Shown: positions 46,667-60,435 of the stretch, piece after piece | Layout: each line of letters begins with the position of its first letter | How positions within the stretch are numbered: the stretch's first letter is position 1 | NCBI RefSeq assembly: GCF_003334815.1 | Contig: NZ_QOWO01000014.1 | Source: Escherichia coli | Lineage (GTDB): Bacteria; Pseudomonadota; Gammaproteobacteria; Enterobacterales; Enterobacteriaceae | Strand: one strand, 5' to 3' | Length of the DNA: 64,000 nucleotides | Notes under the pieces: model-generated | Database searches by the model: none | Told to the model about the DNA's origin: nothing | What the model saw: the letters and a program-made list of their open reading frames with translations, nothing else | Program-made: the position numbers and the translations under genes

Positions 46667-48913
46667 CTATAACCCTCCGCGAATCAGCCCGCCCATGCCG
46701 CGACGCTCCATAAAGGCTGCAACCTGATGGCGAACTTCGGTCGCCAGTTGCGCTTCCAGACTACGCTGCGCAAGATTTTCTGCTTCGGCATAATCAATGC
46801 GCCGCAGCAGGTATTTTGCCCGCGCTACAGAACGTCCGTTCATAGACAGATGGCGATACCCAAGCCCAATGAGGATTGCCACGCACATGGGATCGCCCGC
46901 CATTTCACCGCACAAACGGAGATCGATTCCATGTATTTCCGCTTCCCGGGCGATCATCGCCAGAGCTCGTAACATTGCAGGATGAAGACTGTCATAAATG
47001 TTCGCCACCCGGGTATTGTTGCGATCAACGGCCAGAATGTATTGAGTCAGATCGTTGGTGCCAACAGAGATGAAATCGACCCGCTTTGCCAGATGCGGCA
47101 GCATAAATACCATTGACGGCACTTCCAGCATGATGCCGATACGTGGTTTGGGAATTTCGTAACCGATCATCTCCTCGACTTCACGTCCGGCACGTTCAAT
47201 CAGGCGGCGTGCTTCATCAACTTCATCGAGGCTTGTGACCATCGGCAACAGAATATTCAGGTTGCCCGTAGCGGCATTAGCACGCAGCATCGCCCGCACC
47301 TGGATCAAGAAGATCTCCGGCTGATCGAGCGTAATGCGAATCCCACGCCAACCCAGGCATGGATTCTCTTCGCTGATCGGCATGTAAGGCAGCTGCTTAT
47401 CTGCTCCGACATCCAGCGTACGCAAGGTGACGGGTTTATCATTGAACATTTGCAGCATCCCCTGATACTGCGCCACCTGTTCTTCTTCCGACGGGAAACC
47501 ACTTTGCAGCATGAATGGGATTTCAGTGCGATAAAGACCGATGCCATCAATACGGCTGCCCAGTTTTTCTTCATGTTCCGGGCTTAAACCAGCATTGAGC
47601 ATGACTTTTATACGCTCACCGCTTTTTAACTGCGCGGGTAAATTGACGTCATCTTCCGCCAGACGGCTAAGCTCAATCTCTTCACTAATTAGCCGCTGAT
47701 ATTCTTGCAGCAGTACCGGCTCCGGATCGACCAGCAATTCACCGCGATAGCCATCAACGATCAGCGTCCTACGATGCAGCACCGAAGGCTGAATATCCGC
47801 GCCCATCACGGTAGGGATCCCCAGCGCACGTACCATGATCGCAGCATGGGAGTTGGCTGCGCCATCTCGCACGACAACACCGACTAAGCGATCCTGGGGC
47901 AGCTCAGCAAGCGTTGTCGCTGACAGTTCATCTGCCACCAGAATGAAACGTTCCGGCCAGGCGTTCGGCCCTTGATTAGCGTCATCAAGATGAAACAGCA
48001 ATCGCTGACCCAGCGCACGTAAATCGCCAGCCCGCTCTTTGAGATAGTTATCACTTAGCGCGGCAAACTGTTCGGCAAATTTTTCAATGACCGTTTTTAC
48101 CGCCCACTCTGCCACCGAGCCTTTATCAACCTCGGCAAACAATTCGCGACGCAGCCGGGTGTCCGAAAGCAGGTGCGAGTAAAGATCGAAAATAGCCGCC
48201 GTTTCTTTTTGTGCACCGGCGGCAAAGCGTTTGCTGTAGCGGCGAAACTCGTTTGCCGCTTCTTCCAGCGCCCCGGTCAGTCGTTCGCGTTCCAGAGCCG
48301 GATCCAGCGTTGATGCCTGATACACCTGTTCCATTAAAGGTAACGTGGCATCCTGCCAGCCTTCGGCAATCGCCACACCAGGTGCTGCCGGTAATGCGCG
48401 GATTCGCGTCTGGCGATATTGCCCAAACAAGGCAGTCAACTGCGACTGAGAAAGAATAGCTGCCATCTGGGTGGCAAGCGTCACCAGGAAGGATTCTTCA
48501 CTTTCGTCATACTGGCGCAACTCTCGTTGCTGTACCACCAGTACACCAAGCAACTGGCGACGTTGAATAATTGGTACGCCTAAAAACGCGCGGAAACGTT
48601 CTTCTTTTACGGAGGGGATGTATTTGAAGCTGGGGTGCTTTTGCGCATCTGCAAGGTTTATCGGTTCCGCCAGCCTGCCAACCAGGCCGACGATCCCTTC
48701 ATCAAACGCGAGCGTTACAGTGCGACCGCGTGGTTTTTTCAGCCCCCGGGTCGCCATCAGGTAGTAACAACGTCGATCATGATCGGCCAGGTAGACCGAA
48801 CAGACCTCGGTATCCATCGCAAGACAGATGTCGGTAACCAGAATATTTAACGCCTCATTCAGGCGTGGTGCGCTGGCTACCTTTTCGACTATTTCGCGCA
48901 GGCGAGTGAGCAT
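46667..48913 (-). CDS. ptsP: PEP-protein phosphotransferase enzyme I-Ntr (GAF domain plus EI)
   Basis: 748-aa ORF; N-terminal GAF-like region followed by EI PEP-utilising domains. Confidence 0.92.
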   Translation of the reverse strand: MLTRLREIVEKVASAPRLNEALNILVTDICLAMDTEVCSVYLADHDRRCYYLMATRGLKKPRGRTVTLAFDEGIVGLVGRLAEPINLADAQKHPSFKYIPSVKEERFRAFLGVPIIQRRQLLGVLVVQQRELRQYDESEESFLVTLATQMAAILSQSQLTALFGQYRQTRIRALPAAPGVAIAEGWQDATLPLMEQVYQASTLDPALERERLTGALEEAANEFRRYSKRFAAGAQKETAAIFDLYSHLLSDTRLRRELFAEVDKGSVAEWAVKTVIEKFAEQFAALSDNYLKERAGDLRALGQRLLFHLDDANQGPNAWPERFILVADELSATTLAELPQDRLVGVVVRDGAANSHAAIMVRALGIPTVMGADIQPSVLHRRTLIVDGYRGELLVDPEPVLLQEYQRLISEEIELSRLAEDDVNLPAQLKSGERIKVMLNAGLSPEHEEKLGSRIDGIGLYRTEIPFMLQSGFPSEEEQVAQYQGMLQMFNDKPVTLRTLDVGADKQLPYMPISEENPCLGWRGIRITLDQPEIFLIQVRAMLRANAATGNLNILLPMVTSLDEVDEARRLIERAGREVEEMIGYEIPKPRIGIMLEVPSMVFMLPHLAKRVDFISVGTNDLTQYILAVDRNNTRVANIYDSLHPAMLRALAMIAREAEIHGIDLRLCGEMAGDPMCVAILIGLGYRHLSMNGRSVARAKYLLRRIDYAEAENLAQRSLEAQLATEVRHQVAAFMERRGMGGLIRGGL

Positions 48914-48925
48914 AATTGGCGTGAC

Positions 48926-49456
48926 TTAACCTCTTTTACGTCGATAAGCAGATGCGTTTTGTGGTTTTGGCGTATTTTCCTGCAGTGACATCACCACACT
49001 CGCGAACTCTTTCATTACCCTACGGTAGACATCACGTTTAAATGACACCACCTGTCTGACCGGATACCAGTAACTTACCCATCGCCAGCCGTCAAACTCT
49101 GGTGTACTGCTGGTTTGCATATTGATTTCTGCATCGCCGCTCACCAGCTGCAAGAGAAACCATTTTTGTTTTTGGCCGATACAAACCGGCTTCGTGTCCC
49201 AACGCACCAAACGTTTCGGTAATTTGTAGCGCAACCAGTTACGCGTTGAAGCAAGGATTCGAACGTCTTTGCGGCTTAATCCTACTTCTTCAAACAATTC
49301 ACGGTACATCGCCTGCTCTGCGGATTCTCCGGGGTTGATTCCGCCTTGCGGAAATTGCCAGGAGTGCTGACCAAATCGCCGGGCCCACATTACCTGCCCC
49401 TGGCGATTACAAATCACGATACCTACGTTTGGGCGGTAGCCATCGTCATCAATCAC
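48926..49456 (-). CDS. rppH: RNA pyrophosphohydrolase (Nudix)
   Basis: 176-aa ORF with Nudix box [23 protein letters not shown]. Confidence 0.92.
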
Positions 49457-49559
49457 CGGACTACCTCAAAATAAAGCTTTATATACGAATGATTGTTTCA
49501 TACTCCAGGAAGACGGTAAACCACTCTCTGCAGGGCATTACACACTAATAACAATTGAA

Positions 49560-49960
49560 TAACTCACAGTTATGTGCAGAGTTATAAACAGAGGAAGGGG
49601 TGGATAGCCGTTTTTATTCACCTTTTCTGTGGATAGAGTTGTGAAGAACTACGGAATTACTACGGGAAAACCCGGAGCATTCTGAATAAGCCCGATATAG
49701 ACATTTTAAAATATTCATTATCAGTCAATGCATTACATGTAATTTTAGTAATGAAAAAGAGTAATTCGTGACCCAGGTCACACCTCTCATTTACGGGTTG
49801 GCGAAAGATCAACCAATGCCGTATTTATCCACAGAATGTGCCACTAAGTTAAGCACTGAACCACTAAAAACTGGAGTTTCGTCGCACGTCAAGGCTGTAA
49901 ATGGAAACAGTAGTGGAGGTTTTTCACAGTTATCCCAGCTTTCTGTGGATAACATGGTGT
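49560..49960. other. DnaA-box cluster consistent with DnaA-reactivating sequence DARS2 (non-coding chromosomal element); boundaries approximate
   Basis: Three DnaA-box-like 9-mers clustered at 49599..49636 (GGTGGATAG, TTATTCACC, TGTGGATAG) and two perfect TTATCCACA boxes in inverted orientation at 49825..49833 and 49944..49952; a 685-bp intergenic gap at the locus where DARS2 is reported. Confidence 0.55.
49809..49955 (-). CDS. ygdT: 48-codon hypothetical ORF inside the DnaA-box region; possibly non-coding
   Basis: ATG...TGA ORF translating MLSTESWDNCEKPPLLFPFTALTCDETPVFSGSVLNLVAHSVDKYGIG; both ends coincide with the two perfect DnaA boxes; the ygdT name is a guess from recalled K-12 gene order. 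Confidence 0.3.
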   Translation of the reverse strand: MLSTESWDNCEKPPLLFPFTALTCDETPVFSGSVLNLVAHSVDKYGIG

Positions 49961-50140
49961 AAGATCCTGTTTATTTTCAGTGACCAGATTTGGAAAACCC
50001 GTTGCAGTGTTGCGCAACTCGATTACCGGCAACCTAAAAAGCAATATAAATCAGAGAATTGAACAACGTATGTGGAAAAAGTTACACTGCGAATATTCGG
50101 CACATAATTGCTGTTTGTTTTTTAATCAAGGTATCATGAC

Positions 50141-50830
50141 ATGTCCCAACCTCGCCCACTGCTCTCTCCTCCCGAAACTGAAGAACAGTTGTTAGCGCAA
50201 GCACAGCAACTTTCTGGTTATACATTGGGAGAACTGGCGGCACTTGTCGGGCTGGTTACGCCAGAGAATTTAAAACGCGATAAAGGCTGGATTGGCGTGT
50301 TACTGGAGATCTGGCTAGGTGCCAGCGCAGGGAGTAAACCTGAGCAAGATTTTGCTGCTCTGGGCGTGGAACTTAAAACTATCCCTGTGGATAGTCTTGG
50401 TCGTCCGCTGGAAACAACATTCGTTTGTGTTGCCCCGTTAACGGGCAATAGCGGGGTGACCTGGGAAACCAGCCACGTGCGCCACAAACTCAAACGCGTA
50501 CTGTGGATACCGGTTGAAGGCGAGCGCAGCATCCCGCTGGCGCAGCGTCGCGTTGGATCACCGTTGCTGTGGAGCCCGAATGAAGAGGAAGACCGGCAGC
50601 TACGCGAAGACTGGGAAGAATTAATGGATATGATTGTTCTCGGTCAGGTTGAGCGGATTACCGCTCGTCACGGGGAGTATTTACAGATACGACCGAAAGC
50701 AGCGAATGCGAAAGCGCTTACCGAAGCCATTGGTGCCCGGGGCGAACGGATTCTGACGCTGCCACGCGGCTTTTATTTGAAGAAGAATTTCACCAGTGCA
50801 CTACTGGCCCGTCATTTTCTGATCCAGTAG
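50141..50830 (+). CDS. mutH: DNA mismatch repair endonuclease MutH
   Basis: 229-aa [40 protein letters not shown]... Confidence 0.93.
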   Translation: MSQPRPLLSPPETEEQLLAQAQQLSGYTLGELAALVGLVTPENLKRDKGWIGVLLEIWLGASAGSKPEQDFAALGVELKTIPVDSLGRPLETTFVCVAPLTGNSGVTWETSHVRHKLKRVLWIPVEGERSIPLAQRRVGSPLLWSPNEEEDRQLREDWEELMDMIVLGQVERITARHGEYLQIRPKAANAKALTEAIGARGERILTLPRGFYLKKNFTSALLARHFLIQ

Positions 50831-50898
50831 CCATCGCTTTGACCTGCCGCTTTCCGGGCATATAATTACCGCTTCATTTTTTTGGCAGGGCTTTTTAG

Positions 50899-51612
50899 AT
50901 GTTATTTGCATGGATAACCGATCCTAACGCCTGGCTTGCGCTCGGTACGCTGACGCTGCTGGAGATCGTTCTTGGGATCGACAATATTATTTTCCTTTCT
51001 CTGGTGGTGGCAAAGCTTCCCACAGCACAACGTGCTCATGCGCGCCGTCTGGGGTTGGCGGGAGCCATGGTTATGCGTCTGGCGCTGCTGGCATCAATCG
51101 CCTGGGTTACGCGCCTGACAAATCCGCTTTTTACAATATTCAGTCAGGAAATTTCTGCCCGTGATTTGATTCTGCTTCTGGGTGGCTTGTTCCTTATCTG
51201 GAAAGCCAGCAAGGAAATCCACGAATCCATTGAAGGTGAAGAAGAAGGGCTGAAAACACGCGTTTCATCATTCCTCGGCGCTATCGTGCAGATTATGCTG
51301 CTGGATATTATCTTTAGCCTCGACTCGGTGATTACGGCTGTGGGTCTGTCAGATCACCTGTTTATTATGATGGCAGCCGTGGTGATTGCCGTAGGCGTGA
51401 TGATGTTCGCCGCGCGCTCGATTGGTGATTTTGTCGAACGCCATCCTTCGGTAAAAATGCTGGCGCTCTCTTTCCTGATTCTGGTGGGCTTTACCCTGAT
51501 TCTGGAAAGTTTCGACATCCACGTACCGAAAGGTTACATCTACTTCGCGATGTTCTTCTCTATTGCGGTTGAAAGCCTCAACTTGATTCGCAACAAAAAG
51601 AATCCGCTCTGA
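50899..51612 (+). CDS. ygdQ: TerC-family integral membrane protein
   Basis: 237-aa multi-[46 protein letters not shown]... Confidence 0.87.
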
Positions 51613-51749
51613 TACTCCGTACGCTCTCCTGCGGGAGGGCGTACTCACTCCTTTTACCCTCACAGTTTAAGATTTTCCTGCTTTCAAGATATATAACGTC
51701 GGTTTATAAACAGACTATTATCATAGGTAGGCCAAATGAGGATAACCGG

Positions 51750-51968
51750 ATGAAAAAATGGGCAGTAATAATTTCTGCAGTCGGACTGGCGTTTGCTGTT
51801 TCCGGGTGTTCCAGTGATTACGTCATGGCGACCAAAGATGGCCGTATGATTTTGACCGATGGAAAACCTGAAATTGATGATGATACCGGGCTGGTGAGTT
51901 ATCACGATCAGCAAGGTAACGCGATGCAAATTAACCGTGATGATGTTTCGCAAATTATTGAACGTTAA
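51750..51968 (+). CDS. ygdR: DUF903 small lipoprotein
   Basis: [32 protein letters not shown]... lipobox; about 50 percent identical to ygdI at 23618..23845. Confidence 0.85.
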
Positions 51969-52075
51969 CAAATAAGGTCAGCATCCGGCTGGCCTTAAGA
52001 TTTTTCTCTTTCCCTTTTCCCTTCCCTCTGCCATTTTTATATTCCTTATGTCGTGATTATAAAAAGGAAACGGCT

Positions 52076-53116
52076 ATGCAATATCACCGTATACCCCACA
52101 GTTCGCTGGAAGTCAGCACGCTGGGGCTTGGCACGATGACGTTTGGTGAACAGAACAGCGAAGCCGACGCCCACGCACAACTCGACTATACCGTCGCTCA
52201 GGGCATTAACCTTATCGACGTTGCCGAAATGTACCCAGTACCTCCGCGCCCCGAAACGCAAGGGTTAACCGAAACCTACGTCGGCAACTGGCTGGCGAAA
52301 CATGGCAGCCGCGAAAAGTTAATTATCGCCTCCAAAGTGAGCGGACCGTCGCGCAATAATGACAAGGGCATCCGCCCGGATCAGGCGCTGGATCGGAAGA
52401 ATATCCGCGAAGCGCTGCATGACAGCCTCAAGCGCCTACAGACTGATTACCTCGATCTTTATCAGGTGCACTGGCCGCAGCGCCCGACCAACTGCTTCGG
52501 CAAACTCGGTTATAGCTGGACGGATTCTGCGCCTGCGGTTTCGCTGCTGGATACGCTGGACGCACTGGCAGAGTGCCAACGCGCGGGAAAAATTCGTTAT
52601 ATCGGCGTGTCGAACGAAACTGCATTTGGCGTAATGCGCTACCTGCATCTGGCGGACAAACACGATCTGCCGCGTATTGTCACCATTCAGAACCCTTACA
52701 GTCTGTTAAACCGCAGTTTTGAAGTAGGTCTGGCAGAAGTCAGCCAGTATGAAGGGGTCGAACTGCTGGCCTATTCGTGCCTGGGTTTCGGCACGCTGAC
52801 CGGGAAATATCTCAATGGTGCAAAACCCGCTGGCGCACGTAATACGCTCTTTAGTCGGTTCACCCGCTATAGCGGTGAGCAAACGCAAAAAGCCGTCGCG
52901 GCGTATGTTGATATCGCCAGACGTCATGGCCTGGACCCTGCTCAGATGGCGCTCGCGTTTGTACGCCGTCAACCGTTTGTTGCCAGCACTCTGCTGGGCG
53001 CAACCACGATGGATCAGCTGAAAACTAACATCGAAAGTTTGCATCTGGAGTTAAGCGAAGACGTATTAGCTGAAATTGAAGCGGTGCATCAGGTTTATAC
53101 TTATCCGGCACCATAA
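52076..53116 (+). CDS. tas: Aldo-keto reductase (NADPH-dependent)
   Basis: 346-aa ORF MQYHRIPHSSLEVSTLGLGTMTFGEQNSEADAHAQLDYTVAQGINLIDVAEMY. Confidence 0.9.
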   Translation: MQYHRIPHSSLEVSTLGLGTMTFGEQNSEADAHAQLDYTVAQGINLIDVAEMYPVPPRPETQGLTETYVGNWLAKHGSREKLIIASKVSGPSRNNDKGIRPDQALDRKNIREALHDSLKRLQTDYLDLYQVHWPQRPTNCFGKLGYSWTDSAPAVSLLDTLDALAECQRAGKIRYIGVSNETAFGVMRYLHLADKHDLPRIVTIQNPYSLLNRSFEVGLAEVSQYEGVELLAYSCLGFGTLTGKYLNGAKPAGARNTLFSRFTRYSGEQTQKAVAAYVDIARRHGLDPAQMALAFVRRQPFVASTLLGATTMDQLKTNIESLHLELSEDVLAEIEAVHQVYTYPAP

Positions 53117-53147
53117 GATTAACGCCGGTTAAAACCGGCGTTAAATA

Positions 53148-56514
<3,367 letters not shown>

Positions 56515-56580
56515 TCAGTAAAAGCGAATGGAGGGAGATTACACGAGATAAAGAACGCGAGCGACAGTAAATTAGGTGCG

Positions 56581-56668
56581 AAAAAAAACCTGCGCATCCG
56601 CGCAGGTTGGTGCAAGAGACAGGGTACGAAGAGCGTACCGAATAATCTCACCAATCAATACCTCTGGG
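56581..56668 (-). ncRNA. omrA: OmrA small RNA (88 nt)
   Basis: Minus strand reads CCCAGAGGTATTGATTGGTGAGATTATTCGGTACGCTCTTCGTACCCTGTCTCTTGCACCAACCTGCGCGGATGCGCAGGTTTTTTTT. Confidence 0.87.
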
Positions 56669-56782
56669 ATCTTGATTGTGGTCTGCACGACGACTCTTCG
56701 CCAGCGAGAAAACGCAAAGGAATGAAGGGAAATGCAACGAGGTGTGTAAATTGTCGGTTACTGTTACAGATTGATGACCGGC

Positions 56783-56864
56783 AAAAAAAACCTGCGCATC
56801 TGCGCAGGCTGGTGTAATTCATGTGCTCAACCCGAAGTTGACTTCACCTATCAATACCTCTGGG
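56783..56864 (-). ncRNA. omrB: OmrB small RNA (82 nt)
   Basis: Minus strand reads CCCAGAGGTATTGATAGGTGAAGTCAACTTCGGGTTGAGCACATGAATTACACCAGCCTGCGCAGATGCGCAGGTTTTTTTT; shares 5' and 3' ends with omrA. Confidence 0.87.
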
Positions 56865-57077
56865 ATCACCACTTTAGCAACCTGAAGCCAAACGCCACCA
56901 GCGGTCAATCGCAACAGCGTTTCGCAAAGTGTAACCAAAGGTTTGCAATCTCTTTTTTTGTCTTACTTATTTGCGTTTGGCTCACATTCCCACGATGAAA
57001 ACACGCCACCCCTTGAACCAACGGGCGTTTTCCGTAACACTGAAAGAATGTAAGCGTTTACCCACTAAGGTATTTTC

Positions 57078-58109
57078 ATGGCGACCATAAAGGATGTAGC
57101 CCGACTGGCAGGCGTTTCAGTCGCCACCGTTTCCCGCGTCATTAATAATTCACCCAAAGCCAGCGAAGCTTCCCGGCTGGCTGTGCATAGTGCAATGGAG
57201 TCTCTTAGCTATCACCCGAACGCCAACGCCCGTGCGCTGGCGCAGCAGACCACTGAAACGGTCGGTCTGGTCGTTGGTGATGTTTCCGATCCGTTTTTCG
57301 GTGCAATGGTGAAAGCGGTCGAACAGGTGGCTTATCACACCGGTAATTTTTTATTGATTGGCAACGGTTACCACAACGAACAAAAAGAGCGTCAGGCCAT
57401 TGAGCAACTGATCCGCCATCGCTGTGCTGCGTTGGTCGTCCATGCCAAAATGATCCCGGATGCTGATTTAGCCTCATTAATGAAACAAATGCCCGGTATG
57501 GTGCTGATCAACCGTATCCTGCCTGGCTTTGAAAACCGTTGTATTGCTCTGGACGATCGTTACGGTGCCTGGCTGGCAACGCGTCATTTAATTCAGCAAG
57601 GTCATACCCGCATTGGTTATCTGTGCTCTAACCACTCTATTTCTGACGCCGAAGATCGTCTGCAAGGGTATTACGATGCCCTTGCTGAAAGTGGTATTGC
57701 GGCCAATGACCGGCTGGTGACATTTGGCGAACCAGACGAAAGCGGCGGCGAACAGGCAATGACCGAGCTTTTGGGACGAGGAAGAAATTTCACTGCGGTA
57801 GCCTGTTATAACGATTCAATGGCGGCGGGTGCGATGGGCGTTCTCAATGATAATGGTATTGATGTACCGGGTGAGATTTCGTTAATTGGCTTTGATGATG
57901 TGCTGGTGTCACGCTATGTGCGTCCGCGCCTGACCACCGTGCGTTACCCAATCGTGACGATGGCGACCCAGGCTGCCGAACTGGCTTTGGCGCTGGCGGA
58001 TAATCGCCCTCTCCCGGAAATCACTAATGTCTTTAGTCCGACGCTGGTACGTCGTCATTCAGTGTCAACTCCGTCGCTGGAGGCAAGTCATCATGCAACC
58101 AGCGACTAA
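57078..58109 (+). CDS. galR: Galactose operon repressor (LacI family)
   Basis: 343-aa ORF with HTH MATIKDVARLAGVSVATVSRVINN. Confidence 0.93.
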   Translation: MATIKDVARLAGVSVATVSRVINNSPKASEASRLAVHSAMESLSYHPNANARALAQQTTETVGLVVGDVSDPFFGAMVKAVEQVAYHTGNFLLIGNGYHNEQKERQAIEQLIRHRCAALVVHAKMIPDADLASLMKQMPGMVLINRILPGFENRCIALDDRYGAWLATRHLIQQGHTRIGYLCSNHSISDAEDRLQGYYDALAESGIAANDRLVTFGEPDESGGEQAMTELLGRGRNFTAVACYNDSMAAGAMGVLNDNGIDVPGEISLIGFDDVLVSRYVRPRLTTVRYPIVTMATQAAELALALADNRPLPEITNVFSPTLVRRHSVSTPSLEASHHATSD

Positions 58110-58115
58110 CCGCAG

Positions 58116-59378
58116 TTAAAGCAATTCCAGCGCCAGTAATTCTTCGATGGTCTGGCGACGGCGAATCAACCGCGCCTGACCATTATCAAACAGAACTTCT
58201 GGTAACAGCGGACGGCTATTGTAGTTGGATGACATTGATGCGCCATATGCCCCTGTATCATGCAGTACCAGATAATCACCTGCCTTCACTTCCGGCAAGG
58301 CGCGGGTTTCAACATTTCCCCCTTCCTGCTGGGTAAAGACATCGCCCGATTCACATAACGGTCCGGCGACGACGGTTTCCACCGTTGGCGCGTGTTCCAG
58401 AGAACGACCATCAGCTGCCAGGGCACTGATATGGTGGTAACTACCGTACATTGCCGGGCGCATCAGATCGTTGAACCCGGCATCAACCAGCACAAAGTGG
58501 CGGCTCCCCATTTGTTTGACGCTCCGCACCTGAGTAATTAATACGCCAGACTGCGCTACCAGGAAGCGACCCGGTTCAATTTCCAGTTTCACAGGGTGGC
58601 CCAAATGGCGGGCGATTTGCTCACGCGCGGCATTCCACAGACCATAATAATGTTCGGTATCAACCGCCTCTTCACCCTGTTGATAAGGAACAGAAAGCCC
58701 ACCGCCCGCAGAAATAGCCTGTAAATCCTGACCGAATTCGATGACCTGACGCACCATAGCACCACACACCTGTTCCAGATGGGCATAATCAACGCCAGAA
58801 CCAATGTGCATGTGAATGCCGACCAGCTGCAGATGATGACGTTGTATCACGTCCAGTGCGGCGGGCAGATCGGTGTACCAGATACCGTGCTTGCTGTTTT
58901 CGCCACCGGTATTGGTTTTTTGGCTATGTCCGTGACCAAACCCCGGATTAACGCGCAGCCATACCCGATGCCCTGGCGAAACCTGGCCCAGTTGGTCGAG
59001 CATATCAACAGAACCCGCATTCACCGGAATTTGCAATTCACTGACGCGTTCAAGCGTCGCCTGATCGATAACATCTGCCGTAAAAACAATATCATCGGGG
59101 TGCGTTTGCGGATTGTAACCCGCCGCCAACGCACGCTCTATTTCGCCTAACGAGACGGAATCCACTTTCACGCCCTGCTCACGCATTAAGCGCAAAATAT
59201 GAATATTGGAACAGGCTTTCTGTGCAAAGCGCACCACATCAAACTGTTTCAGCGCTGCAATCTGCCGACGAATAATTTGCGCATCGTAGACCCACACCGG
59301 GCAGCCAAATTCAGCGGGCAAACGCAGCAGATTTTCGGCGGTGAGATCGGTATCGGTGCTGAACAGTGAATGTGGCAT
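58116..59378 (-). CDS. lysA: Diaminopimelate decarboxylase
   Basis: 420-aa ORF MPHSLFSTDTDLTAENLLRLPAEFGCPVWVYDAQIIRRQIAAL... Confidence 0.93.
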   Translation of the reverse strand: MPHSLFSTDTDLTAENLLRLPAEFGCPVWVYDAQIIRRQIAALKQFDVVRFAQKACSNIHILRLMREQGVKVDSVSLGEIERALAAGYNPQTHPDDIVFTADVIDQATLERVSELQIPVNAGSVDMLDQLGQVSPGHRVWLRVNPGFGHGHSQKTNTGGENSKHGIWYTDLPAALDVIQRHHLQLVGIHMHIGSGVDYAHLEQVCGAMVRQVIEFGQDLQAISAGGGLSVPYQQGEEAVDTEHYYGLWNAAREQIARHLGHPVKLEIEPGRFLVAQSGVLITQVRSVKQMGSRHFVLVDAGFNDLMRPAMYGSYHHISALAADGRSLEHAPTVETVVAGPLCESGDVFTQQEGGNVETRALPEVKAGDYLVLHDTGAYGASMSSNYNSRPLLPEVLFDNGQARLIRRRQTIEELLALELL

Positions 59379-59499
59379 AACAAACTCCAGATAAGTGCTT
59401 TTTTATGATTACGCCACATCATAAAAAGAATAAAAAATATCGATTTATGTCGAGTCTATGCAAAAATGATATGGATTACCGGATTGCGAGAGAGCGCTA

Positions 59500-60435
59500 A
59501 TGGCCGCCGTTAACTTACGTCATATTGAAATTTTTCATGCGGTAATGACCGCCGGAAGCCTGACTGAGGCGGCACACCTGCTACACACCTCACAGCCAAC
59601 CGTCAGCCGCGAACTTGCGCGCTTTGAGAAGGTGATCGGGCTGAAATTGTTTGAGCGCGTACGTGGGCGATTACATCCTACCGTGCAAGGACTGCGTCTG
59701 TTTGAAGAAGTGCAACGATCCTGGTACGGACTGGATCGCATTGTCAGCGCCGCAGAAAGTCTGCGCGAGTTTCGCCAGGGAGAACTGTCTATTGCCTGCC
59801 TGCCGGTCTTTTCGCAATCTTTTTTACCGCAGCTCCTGCAACCCTTTCTGGCACGTTATCCCGATGTCAGCTTAAATATCGTGCCCCAGGAATCACCGCT
59901 ACTTGAAGAGTGGCTCTCGGCCCAGCGTCATGATTTAGGACTCACTGAAACGCTCCATACGCCTGCGGGAACAGAACGTACCGAATTACTCTCTTTAGAT
60001 GAAGTGTGTGTGTTACCTCCGGGTCATCCGCTGGCGGTAAAAAAGGTATTAACGCCGGATGATTTTCAGGGTGAGAACTACATCAGCCTTTCCCGTACTG
60101 ACAGCTATCGCCAGTTGCTGGATCAGCTATTTACTGAACATCAGGTTAAACGACGCATGATCGTAGAAACCCACAGCGCCGCGTCAGTCTGCGCAATGGT
60201 ACGGGCGGGGGTAGGTGTTTCGGTGGTTAACCCGCTCACCGCACTAGATTATGCGGCAAGCGGTTTAGTGGTGCGGCGGTTCAGTATTGCGGTTCCGTTC
60301 ACCGTCAGCCTGATCCGCCCCCTGCACCGCCCGTCATCAGCGCTGGTTCAGGCGTTTAGTGGGCATTTACAAGCGGGGTTACCGAAACTGGTCACTTCTC
60401 TTGACGCTATTTTGTCGTCAGCTACGACAGCATAA
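59500..60435 (+). CDS. lysR: LysR-type activator of lysA
   Basis: 311-aa ORF with LysR HTH; divergent from lysA. Confidence 0.92.

Noticed and set aside
49768-50195. Plus-strand ORFs of 64 and 71 aa in the rppH-mutH gap
   Set aside because: They lie in the DnaA-box-rich non-coding region with no SD; more likely regulatory DNA than genes
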